Shown here: positions 1-8,105 of the stretch, in pieces
Numbering within the stretch: the stretch's first letter is position 1
How the letters are laid out: each line of letters starts with the position of its first letter
Assembly (NCBI GenBank): GCA_963775425.1
Contig: CAVZJB010000014.1
Location: forward strand, 1-64,000
Origin: an uncultured delta proteobacterium
Lineage (GTDB): Bacteria; Myxococcota; UBA727; VGSZ01
Reading direction: 5' to 3'
DNA: 64,000 nucleotides
Notes under the pieces: generated by a model
Database searches by the model: none
Told to the model about the DNA's origin: nothing
What the model saw: the letters and a program-made list of their open reading frames with translations, nothing else
Made by a program: the position numbers and the translations under genes

Positions 1-37
1 CTAGAACACCGATCAGGTTGCTGCGAGCGTTGGGACG

Positions 38-344
38 CGGCTCAGCGTGATGGGCGAGCGGGGAGCGGTCACGTGTACGGCAAGCGCGTGCGGCTCACGG
101 GCGCGGTCACGGCGAGGGGGACCGCGACCGCTGCCGTGACCGCGAGTCGCACGCGCTGCCCGTTCACGCTCCCGCTCGCCGTTCCCGCTCCCGCTGTCCG
201 TTCCTGAGCCGGACTCGTGACTGACCGGCTCTGCTTTTCGCCGCGCACCTTCCGCGCCAGCGCCTCGCGTCTCACGACGAGGAACGAGGCTGGCGCTGTC
301 ACGGAAGCCGCGCGTGGTGGGGCAGAGCCGGTCAGCCACACGAG
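38..344 (+). other. Two long imperfect hairpins (about 38-211 and 214-344) upstream of the four-helix-bundle gene
   Basis: Stems read directly: CGCGGTCACGGC/GCCGTGACCGCG, AGCGCGTGCGGCT/AGTCGCACGCGCT, CGGCTCAG/CTGAGCCG, CTGACCGGCTCTGC/GCAGAGCCGGTCAG, CTTCCG/CGGAAG, CAGCGCC/GGCGCTG. Confidence 0.75.
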
Positions 345-362
345 ACCGGCAAAGGAGCAACG

Positions 363-758
363 ATGCAGCACGACAACGAGAAGCAGAACAACGTGATCGG
401 CCCCGCCCGCTGGCAGTTCGACCACCATCGGCTGGATGCCTTCCACGTCGCTCGAGACGCCATGGTCCTCGGCGTCGGCCTGAGCAAGCGGCTGCCCCAG
501 GGCTACGGCAAGCTCAAGGACCAGCTCGAGCGCGCACTGGTCGGCGCATTCACGCAGACCACGGAGGCGTCGGCCCGCACGGACAATGATCGCCGTGCTC
601 GCTTCCGCGCCGCCCGGGCCGAGGCCGGTGAGGCGGCGGGAGTCCTCGAGGGCGTGGTCGCCCTCAAGCTCATCACCGCCGCCGAGGCGGACCCGGTCCT
701 CGCGCTCCTGTGGCGGCTATGCGCCATGCTCACCAAGCTCGCCGGCTACCACCGGTGA
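363..758 (+). CDS. Four-helix-bundle protein (23S rRNA intervening-sequence protein / Avd-like)
   Basis: 131 aa; AAGGAG RBS at 352-357. Motifs FDHHRLDAFHVA, LKDQLERA, TEAS..R and RFRAARAEAGEAAGVL match the family pattern (F+.L.v+..A; L.dQl.RA; EG..r; fl.iArgSa.E). Confidence 0.8.
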   Translation: MQHDNEKQNNVIGPARWQFDHHRLDAFHVARDAMVLGVGLSKRLPQGYGKLKDQLERALVGAFTQTTEASARTDNDRRARFRAARAEAGEAAGVLEGVVALKLITAAEADPVLALLWRLCAMLTKLAGYHR

Positions 759-765
759 CGTAGCG

Positions 766-801
766 GGCGCGCCCCGGCTACTTGCCGGGGCGCGCCTCTT
801 T
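766..801 (+). terminator. 13-bp GC stem-loop between passenger gene and transposase
   Basis: GGCGCGCCCCGGC-TACTT-GCCGGGGCGCGCC followed by TCTTT. The same stem is at 3237-3272 in copy 2. Confidence 0.55.
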
Positions 802-859
802 CGCCAAGGGCGATCGACGCGGGCCCGAGAATCTGATCCCCTCCGCGACGGAGGTGATG

Positions 860-2443
860 ATGGCAATCGAGCGATGGAAGCCGGCCGTGAAGCCGTCGGC
901 GGAGGAGGAGCGAATCCTGGCAAGGCTGAAGACACACCGGAAGCTGTTCGCGTTCTTGCGGCTTCACCGCCACGAGATTCTCGACGACGAGTTCCAGGAT
1001 CTGCTCGCCTCGAAGTACCGCGACACCGGCGCGGGCGCGCCGCCACAGCCTCCGGCGATGATGTGCATGGCGCTCCTGCTGCAGGACTACGACGGCGTGT
1101 CCGATCGCGAGGCCGTCGAGCGCACCGTCATCGACTCGCGGTGGCAGATGGTGCTCGACTGCCTCGGCGCGAAGAAGCCCGCGTTCTCGCAGGGCGGCCT
1201 CCAGCAGTTCCGCGAGCGCCTCATCGCGCACGATCTCGACGTCAAGCTCCTTGAGCGCACCGTCGAGGTCGCTCGGCGCGCGAAGAGCGTCGACTGGCGG
1301 AAGCTGCCAAAGACCCTGCGGGTGGCGATGGACTCACGCCCTTTAGTCGGCGCCGGGAAGGTTGAGGACACGTTCAACCTCCTCGGCCACGCCGCACGGA
1401 AGATCGCAGAGTGCGCCGCGACGACGACGGGCTTGTCGTTCGAGGATGTCTGCCGCCGCTCGCACGCCACGGTGTTGCTGGCGCCGAGCATCAAGGCCGG
1501 CCTCGACGTCGACTGGAGCGATCCAATCGAGAAGGCGGACGCGCTCCAGACGCTCTTCCTGCAGGTGTCCTCGCTGACCGAGTGGGTCGGGCGCATCATG
1601 GGCGGGGAGGGGCTCGACGGGCCGATCACGAAGTACCTCGAGGCGCTGCGGCAGGTTCAGGACCAGAACCTCGACGACACCGACGGCCGCGTCTCCATGC
1701 ACCAGGGCGTCGCCGCCGATCGCCGCGTATCGATCGAGGACGAGGAGATGCGCCACGGCCGCAAGAGCAAGAGCCACCGCTTCAACGGCTACAAGGAGCA
1801 CATCGCCGCCGACCTGGACAACGGCGTCATCCTCGCGTGCGCCGTGACGCCCGCGAACGTCCCCGAGGAGGAAGCCGCGCCGCTGTTGAAGGCCGACGTC
1901 GAAGCACAGGGATTCGAGATCCTCGAGCTATCCATCGACCGCGGCTACCTCAACAGCACCATCGTTGACGACGTCGAGAAGGCTGGCGGCGAGGTGCTGT
2001 GCAAGCCCTGGCCAACGCAGAACGCGAAGGGCCTGTTCACCAAGGCCGACTTCCGCATCGACCACGCCACCGGCACGATCACCTGTCCCGCAGGGGAGGT
2101 CGAGAAGTTCGAGCCCGGCGACGTCGTCGAGTTCGATCCCGACGCCTGCGGCAGATGCCGCCTTCGCGCCCAGTGCACCCACTCAGCGTCTGGGCGCGGC
2201 CGCACCATCCGCGTTGCTGACGACGAGCGCCGACAACAGCGTCTCCGCGAGCTCCGCTCGACGCCCGCCGGCCGCATGCGCCTTCGACGCCGCACCCGTG
2301 TCGAGCACCACCTCGCTCACGTTGCTGCCCGCCGCGCCCGACGGGCCCGCTACCGCGGGAGTCGCAAGAACGCCTTCGCGCTGCGCCGGACGGCCGCGCT
2401 GCAGAACCTCCAAGCGGCACAGCGCGCCATGGTGGCGTCGTGA
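860..2443 (+). CDS. IS1182-family DDE transposase
   Basis: DUF772-like N-terminus (LLLQDYDGVSDREAV), MDS, D.EMRHGRKS..FNGYK, DRGY, CPAG..CxxC..C and R..VE. GGAGG before ATG 857/860. Confidence 0.9.
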   Translation: MAIERWKPAVKPSAEEERILARLKTHRKLFAFLRLHRHEILDDEFQDLLASKYRDTGAGAPPQPPAMMCMALLLQDYDGVSDREAVERTVIDSRWQMVLDCLGAKKPAFSQGGLQQFRERLIAHDLDVKLLERTVEVARRAKSVDWRKLPKTLRVAMDSRPLVGAGKVEDTFNLLGHAARKIAECAATTTGLSFEDVCRRSHATVLLAPSIKAGLDVDWSDPIEKADALQTLFLQVSSLTEWVGRIMGGEGLDGPITKYLEALRQVQDQNLDDTDGRVSMHQGVAADRRVSIEDEEMRHGRKSKSHRFNGYKEHIAADLDNGVILACAVTPANVPEEEAAPLLKADVEAQGFEILELSIDRGYLNSTIVDDVEKAGGEVLCKPWPTQNAKGLFTKADFRIDHATGTITCPAGEVEKFEPGDVVEFDPDACGRCRLRAQCTHSASGRGRTIRVADDERRQQRLRELRSTPAGRMRLRRRTRVEHHLAHVAARRARRARYRGSRKNAFALRRTAALQNLQAAQRAMVAS

Positions 2444-2836
2444 CGCTGGTTTCAACCTGTTCGGCGTTCTAGCCCCCGGCTGGTGAGCAGGTTGCCGCGA
2501 GCGTTTGAACGCGGCTCAGGGTAATGGGCGAGCGGCGAGCGGTCACGTGTACGGCAAGCGCGTGCGGGTCACGTGCGCGGTCGCGGCGAGGGGACCGCGA
2601 CCGGTGCCGTGACCGCGAGTCGCACTCGCTGCCCGTCGACGCTCCCGCTCGCCGTTCCCGCTCCCGCTGTCCGATCTTGAGCCGGACTCGTGGCTGACCG
2701 GCTCTGCTTTTCGCCGCGCACCTTCCGCGCCAGCGCCTCGGATCTCACGACGAGGAACGAGGCCGGCGCTGTCACGGAAGCCGCGCGTGGTGGGGCAGAG
2801 CCGGTCAGCCACACGAGACCGGCAAAGGAGAGAACG

Positions 2837-3229
2837 ATGCAGCACGAGACGCAGAACACGGTGACCGGCCCCGCCCCCCGCTGGCAGTTCGATCACCACC
2901 GGCTGGATGCCTTCCACGTCGCTCGAGACGCCATGGTCCTCGGCGTCGGCCTGAGCAAGCGGCTGCCCCAGGGCTACGGCAAGCTCAAGGACCAGCTCGA
3001 GCGCGCCCTCGTCGGCGCGTTCACCCAGACCACCGAGGCGTCGGCCCGCACGGACAATGATCGCCGTGCTCGCTTCCGCGCCGCGCGGGCCGAGGCCGGT
3101 GAGGCGGCGGGAGTCCTCGAGGGCGTGGTCGCCCTCAAGCTCATCACCGCCGCCGAGGCGGACCCGGTCCTCGCGCTCCTGTGGCGGCTATGCGCCATGC
3201 TCACCAAGCTCGCCGGCTACCACCGGTGA
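2837..3229 (+). CDS. Four-helix-bundle protein, copy 2
   Basis: Protein identical to 363-758 after about residue 15; AAGGAG RBS. Confidence 0.8.
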   Translation: MQHETQNTVTGPAPRWQFDHHRLDAFHVARDAMVLGVGLSKRLPQGYGKLKDQLERALVGAFTQTTEASARTDNDRRARFRAARAEAGEAAGVLEGVVALKLITAAEADPVLALLWRLCAMLTKLAGYHR

Positions 3230-3330
3230 CGTAGCGGGCGCGCCCCGGCTAGTTGCCGGGGCGCGCCTCTTTCGCCAAGGGCAATCGACGCGGGCCCGAG
3301 AATCTGATCCCCTCCGCGACGGAGGTGATG

Positions 3331-4911
3331 ATGGCAATCGAGCGATGGAAGCCGGCCGTGAAGCCGTCGGCGGAGGAGCGAATCCTGGCAAGGCTGAAGA
3401 CACACCGGAAGCTGTTCGCGTTCTTGCGGCTTCACCGCCACGAGATTCTCGACGACGAGTTCCAGGATCTGCTCGCCTCGAAGTACCGCGACACCGGCGC
3501 GGGCGCGCCGCCACAGCCTCCGGCGATGATGTGCATGGCGCTCCTGCTGCAGGACTACGACGGCGTGTCCGATCGCGAGGCCGTCGAGCGCACCGTCATC
3601 GACTCGCGGTGGCAGATGGTGCTCGACTGCCTCGGCGCGAAGAAGCCCGCGTTCTCGCAGGGCGGCCTCCAGCAGTTCCGCGAGCGCCTCATCGCGCACG
3701 ATCTCGACGTCAAGCTCCTTGAGCGCACCGTCGAGGTCGCTCGGCGCGCGAAGAGCGTCGACTGGCGGAAGCTGCCCAAGAGCCTGCGGGTGGCGATGGA
3801 CTCACGCCCTTTAGTCGGCGCCGGGAAGGTTGAGGACACGTTCAACCTCCTCGGCCACGCCGCACGGAAGATCGCAGAGTGCGCCGCGACGACGACGGGC
3901 TTGTCGTTCGAGGATGTCTGCCGCCGCTCGCACGCCACGGTGTTGCTGGCGCCGAGCATCAAGGCCGGCCTCGACGTCGACTGGAGCGATCCAATCGAGA
4001 AGGCGGACGCGCTCCAGACGCTCTTCCTGCAGGTGTCCTCGCTGACCGAGTGGGTCGGGCGCATCATGGGCGGGGAGGGGCTCGACGGGCCGATCACGAA
4101 GTACCTCGAGGCGCTGCGGCAGGTTCAGGACCAGAACCTCGACGACACCGACGGCCGCGTCTCCATGCACCAGGGCGTCGCCGCCGATCGCCGCGTATCG
4201 ATCGAGGACGAGGAGATGCGCCACGGCCGCAAGAGCAAGAGCCACCGCTTCAACGGCTACAAGGAGCACATCGCCGCCGACCTGGACAACGGCGTCATCC
4301 TCGCGTGCGCCGTGACGCCCGCGAACGTCCCCGAGGAGGAAGCCGCGCCGCTGTTGAAGGCCGACGTCGAAGCACAGGGATTCGAGATCCTCGAGCTATC
4401 CATCGACCGCGGCTACCTCAACAGCACCATCGTTGACGACGTCGAGAAGGCTGGCGGTGAGGTGCTGTGCAAGCCCTGGCCAACGCAGAACGCGAAGGGC
4501 CTGTTCACCAAGGCCGACTTCCGCATCGACCACGCCACCGGCACGATCACCTGTCCCGCAGGGGAGGTCGAGAAGTTCGAGCCCGGCGACGTCGTCGAGT
4601 TCGATCCCGACGCCTGCGGCAAATGCCGCCTTCGCGCCCAGTGCACCCACTCAGCCTCTGGGCGCGGCCGCACCATCCGCGTTGCTGACGACGAGCGCCG
4701 ACAACAGCGTCTCCGCGAGCTCCGCTCGACGCCCGCCGGCCGCATGCGCCTTCGACGCCGCACCCGTGTCGAGCACCACCTCGCTCACGTTGCTGCCCGC
4801 CGCGCCCGACGGGCCCGCTACCGCGGGAGTCGCAAGAACGCCTTCGCGCTGCGCCGGACGGCCGCGCTGCAGAACCTCCAAGCGGCACAGCGCGCCATGG
4901 TGGCGTCGTGA
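3331..4911 (+). CDS. IS1182-family transposase, copy 2
   Basis: Nearly identical to 860-2443 (one Glu fewer, T>S, R>K). Confidence 0.9.
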   Translation: MAIERWKPAVKPSAEERILARLKTHRKLFAFLRLHRHEILDDEFQDLLASKYRDTGAGAPPQPPAMMCMALLLQDYDGVSDREAVERTVIDSRWQMVLDCLGAKKPAFSQGGLQQFRERLIAHDLDVKLLERTVEVARRAKSVDWRKLPKSLRVAMDSRPLVGAGKVEDTFNLLGHAARKIAECAATTTGLSFEDVCRRSHATVLLAPSIKAGLDVDWSDPIEKADALQTLFLQVSSLTEWVGRIMGGEGLDGPITKYLEALRQVQDQNLDDTDGRVSMHQGVAADRRVSIEDEEMRHGRKSKSHRFNGYKEHIAADLDNGVILACAVTPANVPEEEAAPLLKADVEAQGFEILELSIDRGYLNSTIVDDVEKAGGEVLCKPWPTQNAKGLFTKADFRIDHATGTITCPAGEVEKFEPGDVVEFDPDACGKCRLRAQCTHSASGRGRTIRVADDERRQQRLRELRSTPAGRMRLRRRTRVEHHLAHVAARRARRARYRGSRKNAFALRRTAALQNLQAAQRAMVAS

Positions 4912-4936
4912 CGCTGGTTTCAACCTGTTCGGCGTT

Positions 4937-6953
4937 CTAGCAGCCTGCGGCAAAGTTGAACCCTGCGCGTCGTTCAAGCGGGGCCGGCGTCCCGTGCGGC
5001 GTCGGGGCACGCCGATGGCGGCACAGCGCGAGCGCACGTCGTCGACGACGCCGACCGCTGGCGCCGGTGGGGCTCAGGAATTGGTCGAGGCCGCGGCCTA
5101 CGCCGCCCGCTGCTGCTCCACAGGTGCCGCAAGCCGTCTCGCGAGCAGGCTGAGATTGCAGCGCCCTGCGATCAGGTGGGCCTGCATGTGCGCCGCGCGA
5201 AGGCCCCACGCCCGCGCCGTGCGCGCACCGTGTCGCACGAGCTGGTTCACGAGGCGCTCCGTCTGTGTACGCGTCCTGTACGCCTCGCGCGTCGCGGGCT
5301 CCGCCCACGCGTCGCGTGCCTCGCGGAGCTCCTTCTCGAAGGGGTGGAGGAGCAGACGGTGCCCGCCGGTTTGCTTGCCGCGGCACTGCGCCCTCATTGG
5401 GCATTGCGAGCAGACCTCGTTGCTCCACTTGAACACCGGAAGGTGCGTTCCCGCGTCGCTGCTCCACGTCGTGTACGTCGTGCTCGCCGGCTTTCCGGCG
5501 GGGCAGGTCACGACGTTGTTGTCGAAGTCGACGTCGAAGTCCTTCCGGCTCAATCGGCCGTCTTGGACGCTCACGGGCGGGGGCGGCGCGATGATCTGAA
5601 GGCCGAGTTTTTCTCGGACCCGATGTCGAAGCTCGGCCGAGCCGTAGGCTGTATCGCCGAGGATGCACTCGATCTCGCCGTACAGCTTCTTTGCCCGCGC
5701 AAAGAGGCGATGCGCGGGGACATTGTCGTGCACGTTGCCAGATGTCACGGCCACCGAGGCAATGACGCCACTGACGACGTCGCCGACGAGATGAAGCTTG
5801 AAGCCATCGAAGGTCGCGCTCTTCGACTTGCGTCCATGCCGCGCCTTGGGGTCCGTCAAGCTGATGAGACGATCGCGCGCAACTCGCTCAGCGATCGTCA
5901 GGCGCCCTTTCGCGTCGGTCTCAAGGTCAGACTCGACGGCGCGCAGAACATGGGCGCATCGATGGAGAAGCCCTTTGCGGTGCCCGGAGGCGACGTCCGT
6001 GATGTTGCCGCGAATGAACTCGACGACGCGGAGCGCGCCGTGAGCCAGGGTGTCGACGACGTTCGCGCGCGCGTCGTCATCGGACCAGTCAACTCGGAAC
6101 GCGCCCTTGGTGCTCTTCGCGAGGACCCACGGCGCTTCCCACCGCTCCGCGACCGTGGCGACGGGCGTGTTCGTGAGCTTCGCCCAGCGCTTCGCGAGCC
6201 CTCGAACACCGTCGCCGAGCAGCTCGATCGTGTCGAGGACGGCGCCGTAGGCCCACATCGGAGTGCTGTCCGTCGCCCAAGTTGGCTTCGCGACGACGCC
6301 GTTTTCGACGCAAAGACGAACGAGATGCTCGTGCAGGAGCAGGTACCTCGGGAGATGAAGCTCAGGGTGGCGGCCGCGGAGAAAAGCTTCGAATCGGCGG
6401 ACGGTTCTCTCGTCCGGTGTTGCGGCACCGATCTGAAGATCCATCGCCGCGAGCCACCTCGTGTCGTGCTGCGCGCGACGAGCACACGCCCGTCGGCTCA
6501 TCCCCTCGTCCTCCCAGCGCAACAGCAGCATGGCCGCCAACGAGCGAACGGGCCAGGCTCGTCGTCCTCGACGACCCTCGCCGGCCCAGCCGTCGAAGAT
6601 CCACGACGGGAACAGCATGGAAGCGAAGCGCGAGAGGATCCAAGGCAGCTCGCCGACGACGAGACAGCTGGGGTCCGCGAACGCGGGACTGAAGATCGAG
6701 CGCTGAGCAATGCGGAGCTGAGGCATCGAAAACCTCGCCGCCCTTGCCAACGCAGTCGTAGTGGATCAGCCTGCGCGGGACGTCGGGCGCGTTGGTCGTG
6801 TGTTGTGTCGCAACTCCACAACGATCACCGATTCCCGACGTCGTCAATTGCCCTCGTCACCAGCGACGCACCCTCGCAGGCAGCACCGCGGAACCCACCG
6901 CCGCGTAACGGATCGATTTCATTGACGAAACGAATTTCGCCGCAGGCTGCTAG
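4937..6953 (-). mobile_element. Third, distinct IS1182-like element
   Basis: Inverted repeats CTAGCAGCCTGCGGCAAAGTT (4937-4957) and AATTTCGCCGCAGGCTGCTAG (6933-6953) match 19/21 and enclose one transposase. Confidence 0.85.
5098..6726 (-). CDS. IS1182-family DDE transposase
   Basis: TDST, DPKARHGRKS..FDGFK, GDTAYG, CPAG..CSQC..C and YR.R.QTER motifs. Start is either ATG 6726 or TTG 6750. Confidence 0.88.
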   Translation of the reverse strand: MPQLRIAQRSIFSPAFADPSCLVVGELPWILSRFASMLFPSWIFDGWAGEGRRGRRAWPVRSLAAMLLLRWEDEGMSRRACARRAQHDTRWLAAMDLQIGAATPDERTVRRFEAFLRGRHPELHLPRYLLLHEHLVRLCVENGVVAKPTWATDSTPMWAYGAVLDTIELLGDGVRGLAKRWAKLTNTPVATVAERWEAPWVLAKSTKGAFRVDWSDDDARANVVDTLAHGALRVVEFIRGNITDVASGHRKGLLHRCAHVLRAVESDLETDAKGRLTIAERVARDRLISLTDPKARHGRKSKSATFDGFKLHLVGDVVSGVIASVAVTSGNVHDNVPAHRLFARAKKLYGEIECILGDTAYGSAELRHRVREKLGLQIIAPPPPVSVQDGRLSRKDFDVDFDNNVVTCPAGKPASTTYTTWSSDAGTHLPVFKWSNEVCSQCPMRAQCRGKQTGGHRLLLHPFEKELREARDAWAEPATREAYRTRTQTERLVNQLVRHGARTARAWGLRAAHMQAHLIAGRCNLSLLARRLAAPVEQQRAA

Positions 6954-7001
6954 GCGACGTCACGGGGCGCGCCCCTATGGCGCGCCCGTGTGGCGCGGGG
7001 T

Positions 7002-7907
7002 TCACGGTGAGCAGAGCAGCAGCGTCGTCGTCCCTCGGTCGTCGGGGGTAGCGACGCTGCGCGAGGAGCAATTGGGGAGGGCGCCGCCGCAGTCCTCGTT
7101 GCCGTTGCAGACGCGGGAGCAGCCCTGGGGGGTGCACAGCCCGCTTTGGCAGTCGGTCTCGACGCTGCATGCGTCGCCGAGGTCGCCGGCGCCGGCGGCG
7201 ACCTCGCAGATGGCGTCGAAGGCGTTGGTGGTGAGGTTGCCGTTGTAGGTGCACACGCGGTCCTGCGGACAGCTCGCGTCGTCGACGCAAGAGGGCACGC
7301 ACACGGACAGGAGGGTATCGGGCGGACCGAACGGGTACGCGGTGCACGTCTCACCGCTGCCGCAGTCGGCGGCGCTGTCGGCGCAGACCTCGCTGCAGGC
7401 GTCGGCGCGCGGCGTACAGAAGCCGCTCGCGCACGTGTCGCCGCTGTTGCACAGGGAGCCGCGCGCGTCCCCGGCGACGGCGGCGACGCAATAGGCGCGC
7501 ACGGCGTCGCTCTCGGCCCTGAGGTCGGAGCACACGTCGCCGCCACAGTCGCGGGACGACGAGCAAACGACGTCACCCTCGCCCTCGCCCTCGCCCTCGC
7601 CCTCCCCCTCGCCCTCGCCCTCGCCCTCGCCCTCCCCCTCCCCCTCGCCCTCGCCGTCACCCTCGCCCTCGCCCTCGCCCTCGCCCTCGCCCTCGCCCTC
7701 GCCCTCGCCCTCGCCCTCGCCCTCGCCCTCACCCTCGCCCTCGCCTTCGCCCTGGTCGCTGGCGCACGCGCCGGACGAGAGATCGCAGGCCTCGCCGGCT
7801 GGGCAATCGGCATCGTTCTGGCACGTGTAGTACCCGGTGACGCCGCAGGCGTCGCACGACGTCGCGAGGGCGAGCGCGAGGATGGCGAGAGCGGCGAGCC
7901 GTGTCAT
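7002..7907 (-). CDS. Cys-rich secreted/lipoprotein with a long (GE)n tract
   Basis: Signal peptide ending LATSC, about 30 GE units, many Cx4-5C motifs. Confidence 0.75.
   Translation of the reverse strand: MTRLAALAILALALATSCDACGVTGYYTCQNDADCPAGEACDLSSGACASDQGEGEGEGEGEGEGEGEGEGEGEGEGEGEGEGDGEGEGEGEGEGEGEGEGEGEGEGEGEGDVVCSSSRDCGGDVCSDLRAESDAVRAYCVAAVAGDARGSLCNSGDTCASGFCTPRADACSEVCADSAADCGSGETCTAYPFGPPDTLLSVCVPSCVDDASCPQDRVCTYNGNLTTNAFDAICEVAAGAGDLGDACSVETDCQSGLCTPQGCSRVCNGNEDCGGALPNCSSRSVATPDDRGTTTLLLCSP
7574..7752. repeat. Hexamer repeat encoding (Gly-Glu)n
   Basis: (CCCTCG)n with variants. Similar tracts at about 12650-12720, 12877-12930, 13717-13783, 20355-20530, 36932-37047 and 56003-56030. 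Confidence 0.9.
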
Positions 7908-7981
7908 GGGCGGAGCGTAACGCGTCTGCGTCTCGTTCGAGGACAGCACGGCATCAAGCCCAAGCAAAAGCGCGGCGGAGG

Positions 7982-8047
7982 CCGCCACCGAAGTCGTCGC
8001 ACTCGAAGGCCCCAGAGAACCCCGAGGAGCGACGACTTCGAAGGCGG
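7982..8047. other. Intergenic long hairpin
   Basis: CGAAGTCGTCGC (7989-8000) pairs with GCGACGACTTCG (8029-8040), downstream of the M48 gene. Confidence 0.45.
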
Positions 8048-8105
8048 GCTCCGCCGCTCCGGGCGCCCGGAGGGCGCGGCTGTTCGTGAGCGTCAGCGAA
8101 CAAAA

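Larger units (their letters stand above)
1..2472 (+). mobile_element. IS1182-like element, copy 1, carrying a four-helix-bundle passenger gene
   Basis: Terminal inverted repeats CTAGAACACCGATCAGGTTG (1-20) and CAACCTGTTCGGCGTTCTAG (2453-2472) match 18/20. They enclose both the 363-758 ORF and the DDE transposase. Confidence 0.8.
2469..4940 (+). mobile_element. IS1182-like element, copy 2 (tandem, left end degenerate)
   Basis: Direct repeat of 14-2472 from 2488 onward. Right IR at 4921-4940 is identical to copy 1. The left end reads CTAGCCCCCGGCTGGTGAG-CAGGTTG instead of the IR. Confidence 0.8.

Noticed and set aside
38-760. 23S rRNA with an intervening sequence
   Set aside because: No rRNA-like sequence flanks the four-helix-bundle gene.
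3249-3252. CTAG in the hairpin loop as the true left end of the IS
   Set aside because: The adjacent sequence does not match the right IR and copy 1 has CTAC here, whereas 1-20 matches the IR at 18/20.
1-4940. Pure assembly duplication
   Set aside because: The copies differ by synonymous substitutions and in-frame indels, which looks like real divergence. Strain chimerism cannot be excluded without reads.
1-6953. Diversity-generating retroelement, suggested by the Avd-like gene and near-identical repeats
   Set aside because: No reverse transcriptase in the window. The differences between copies are not adenine-specific and span whole elements.
6950-7813. (RA)n, (LA)n and (SP)n repeat proteins
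   Set aside because: They are alternative frames of the (GE)n hexamer tracts. Only the GE frame has a signal peptide and Cys modules.
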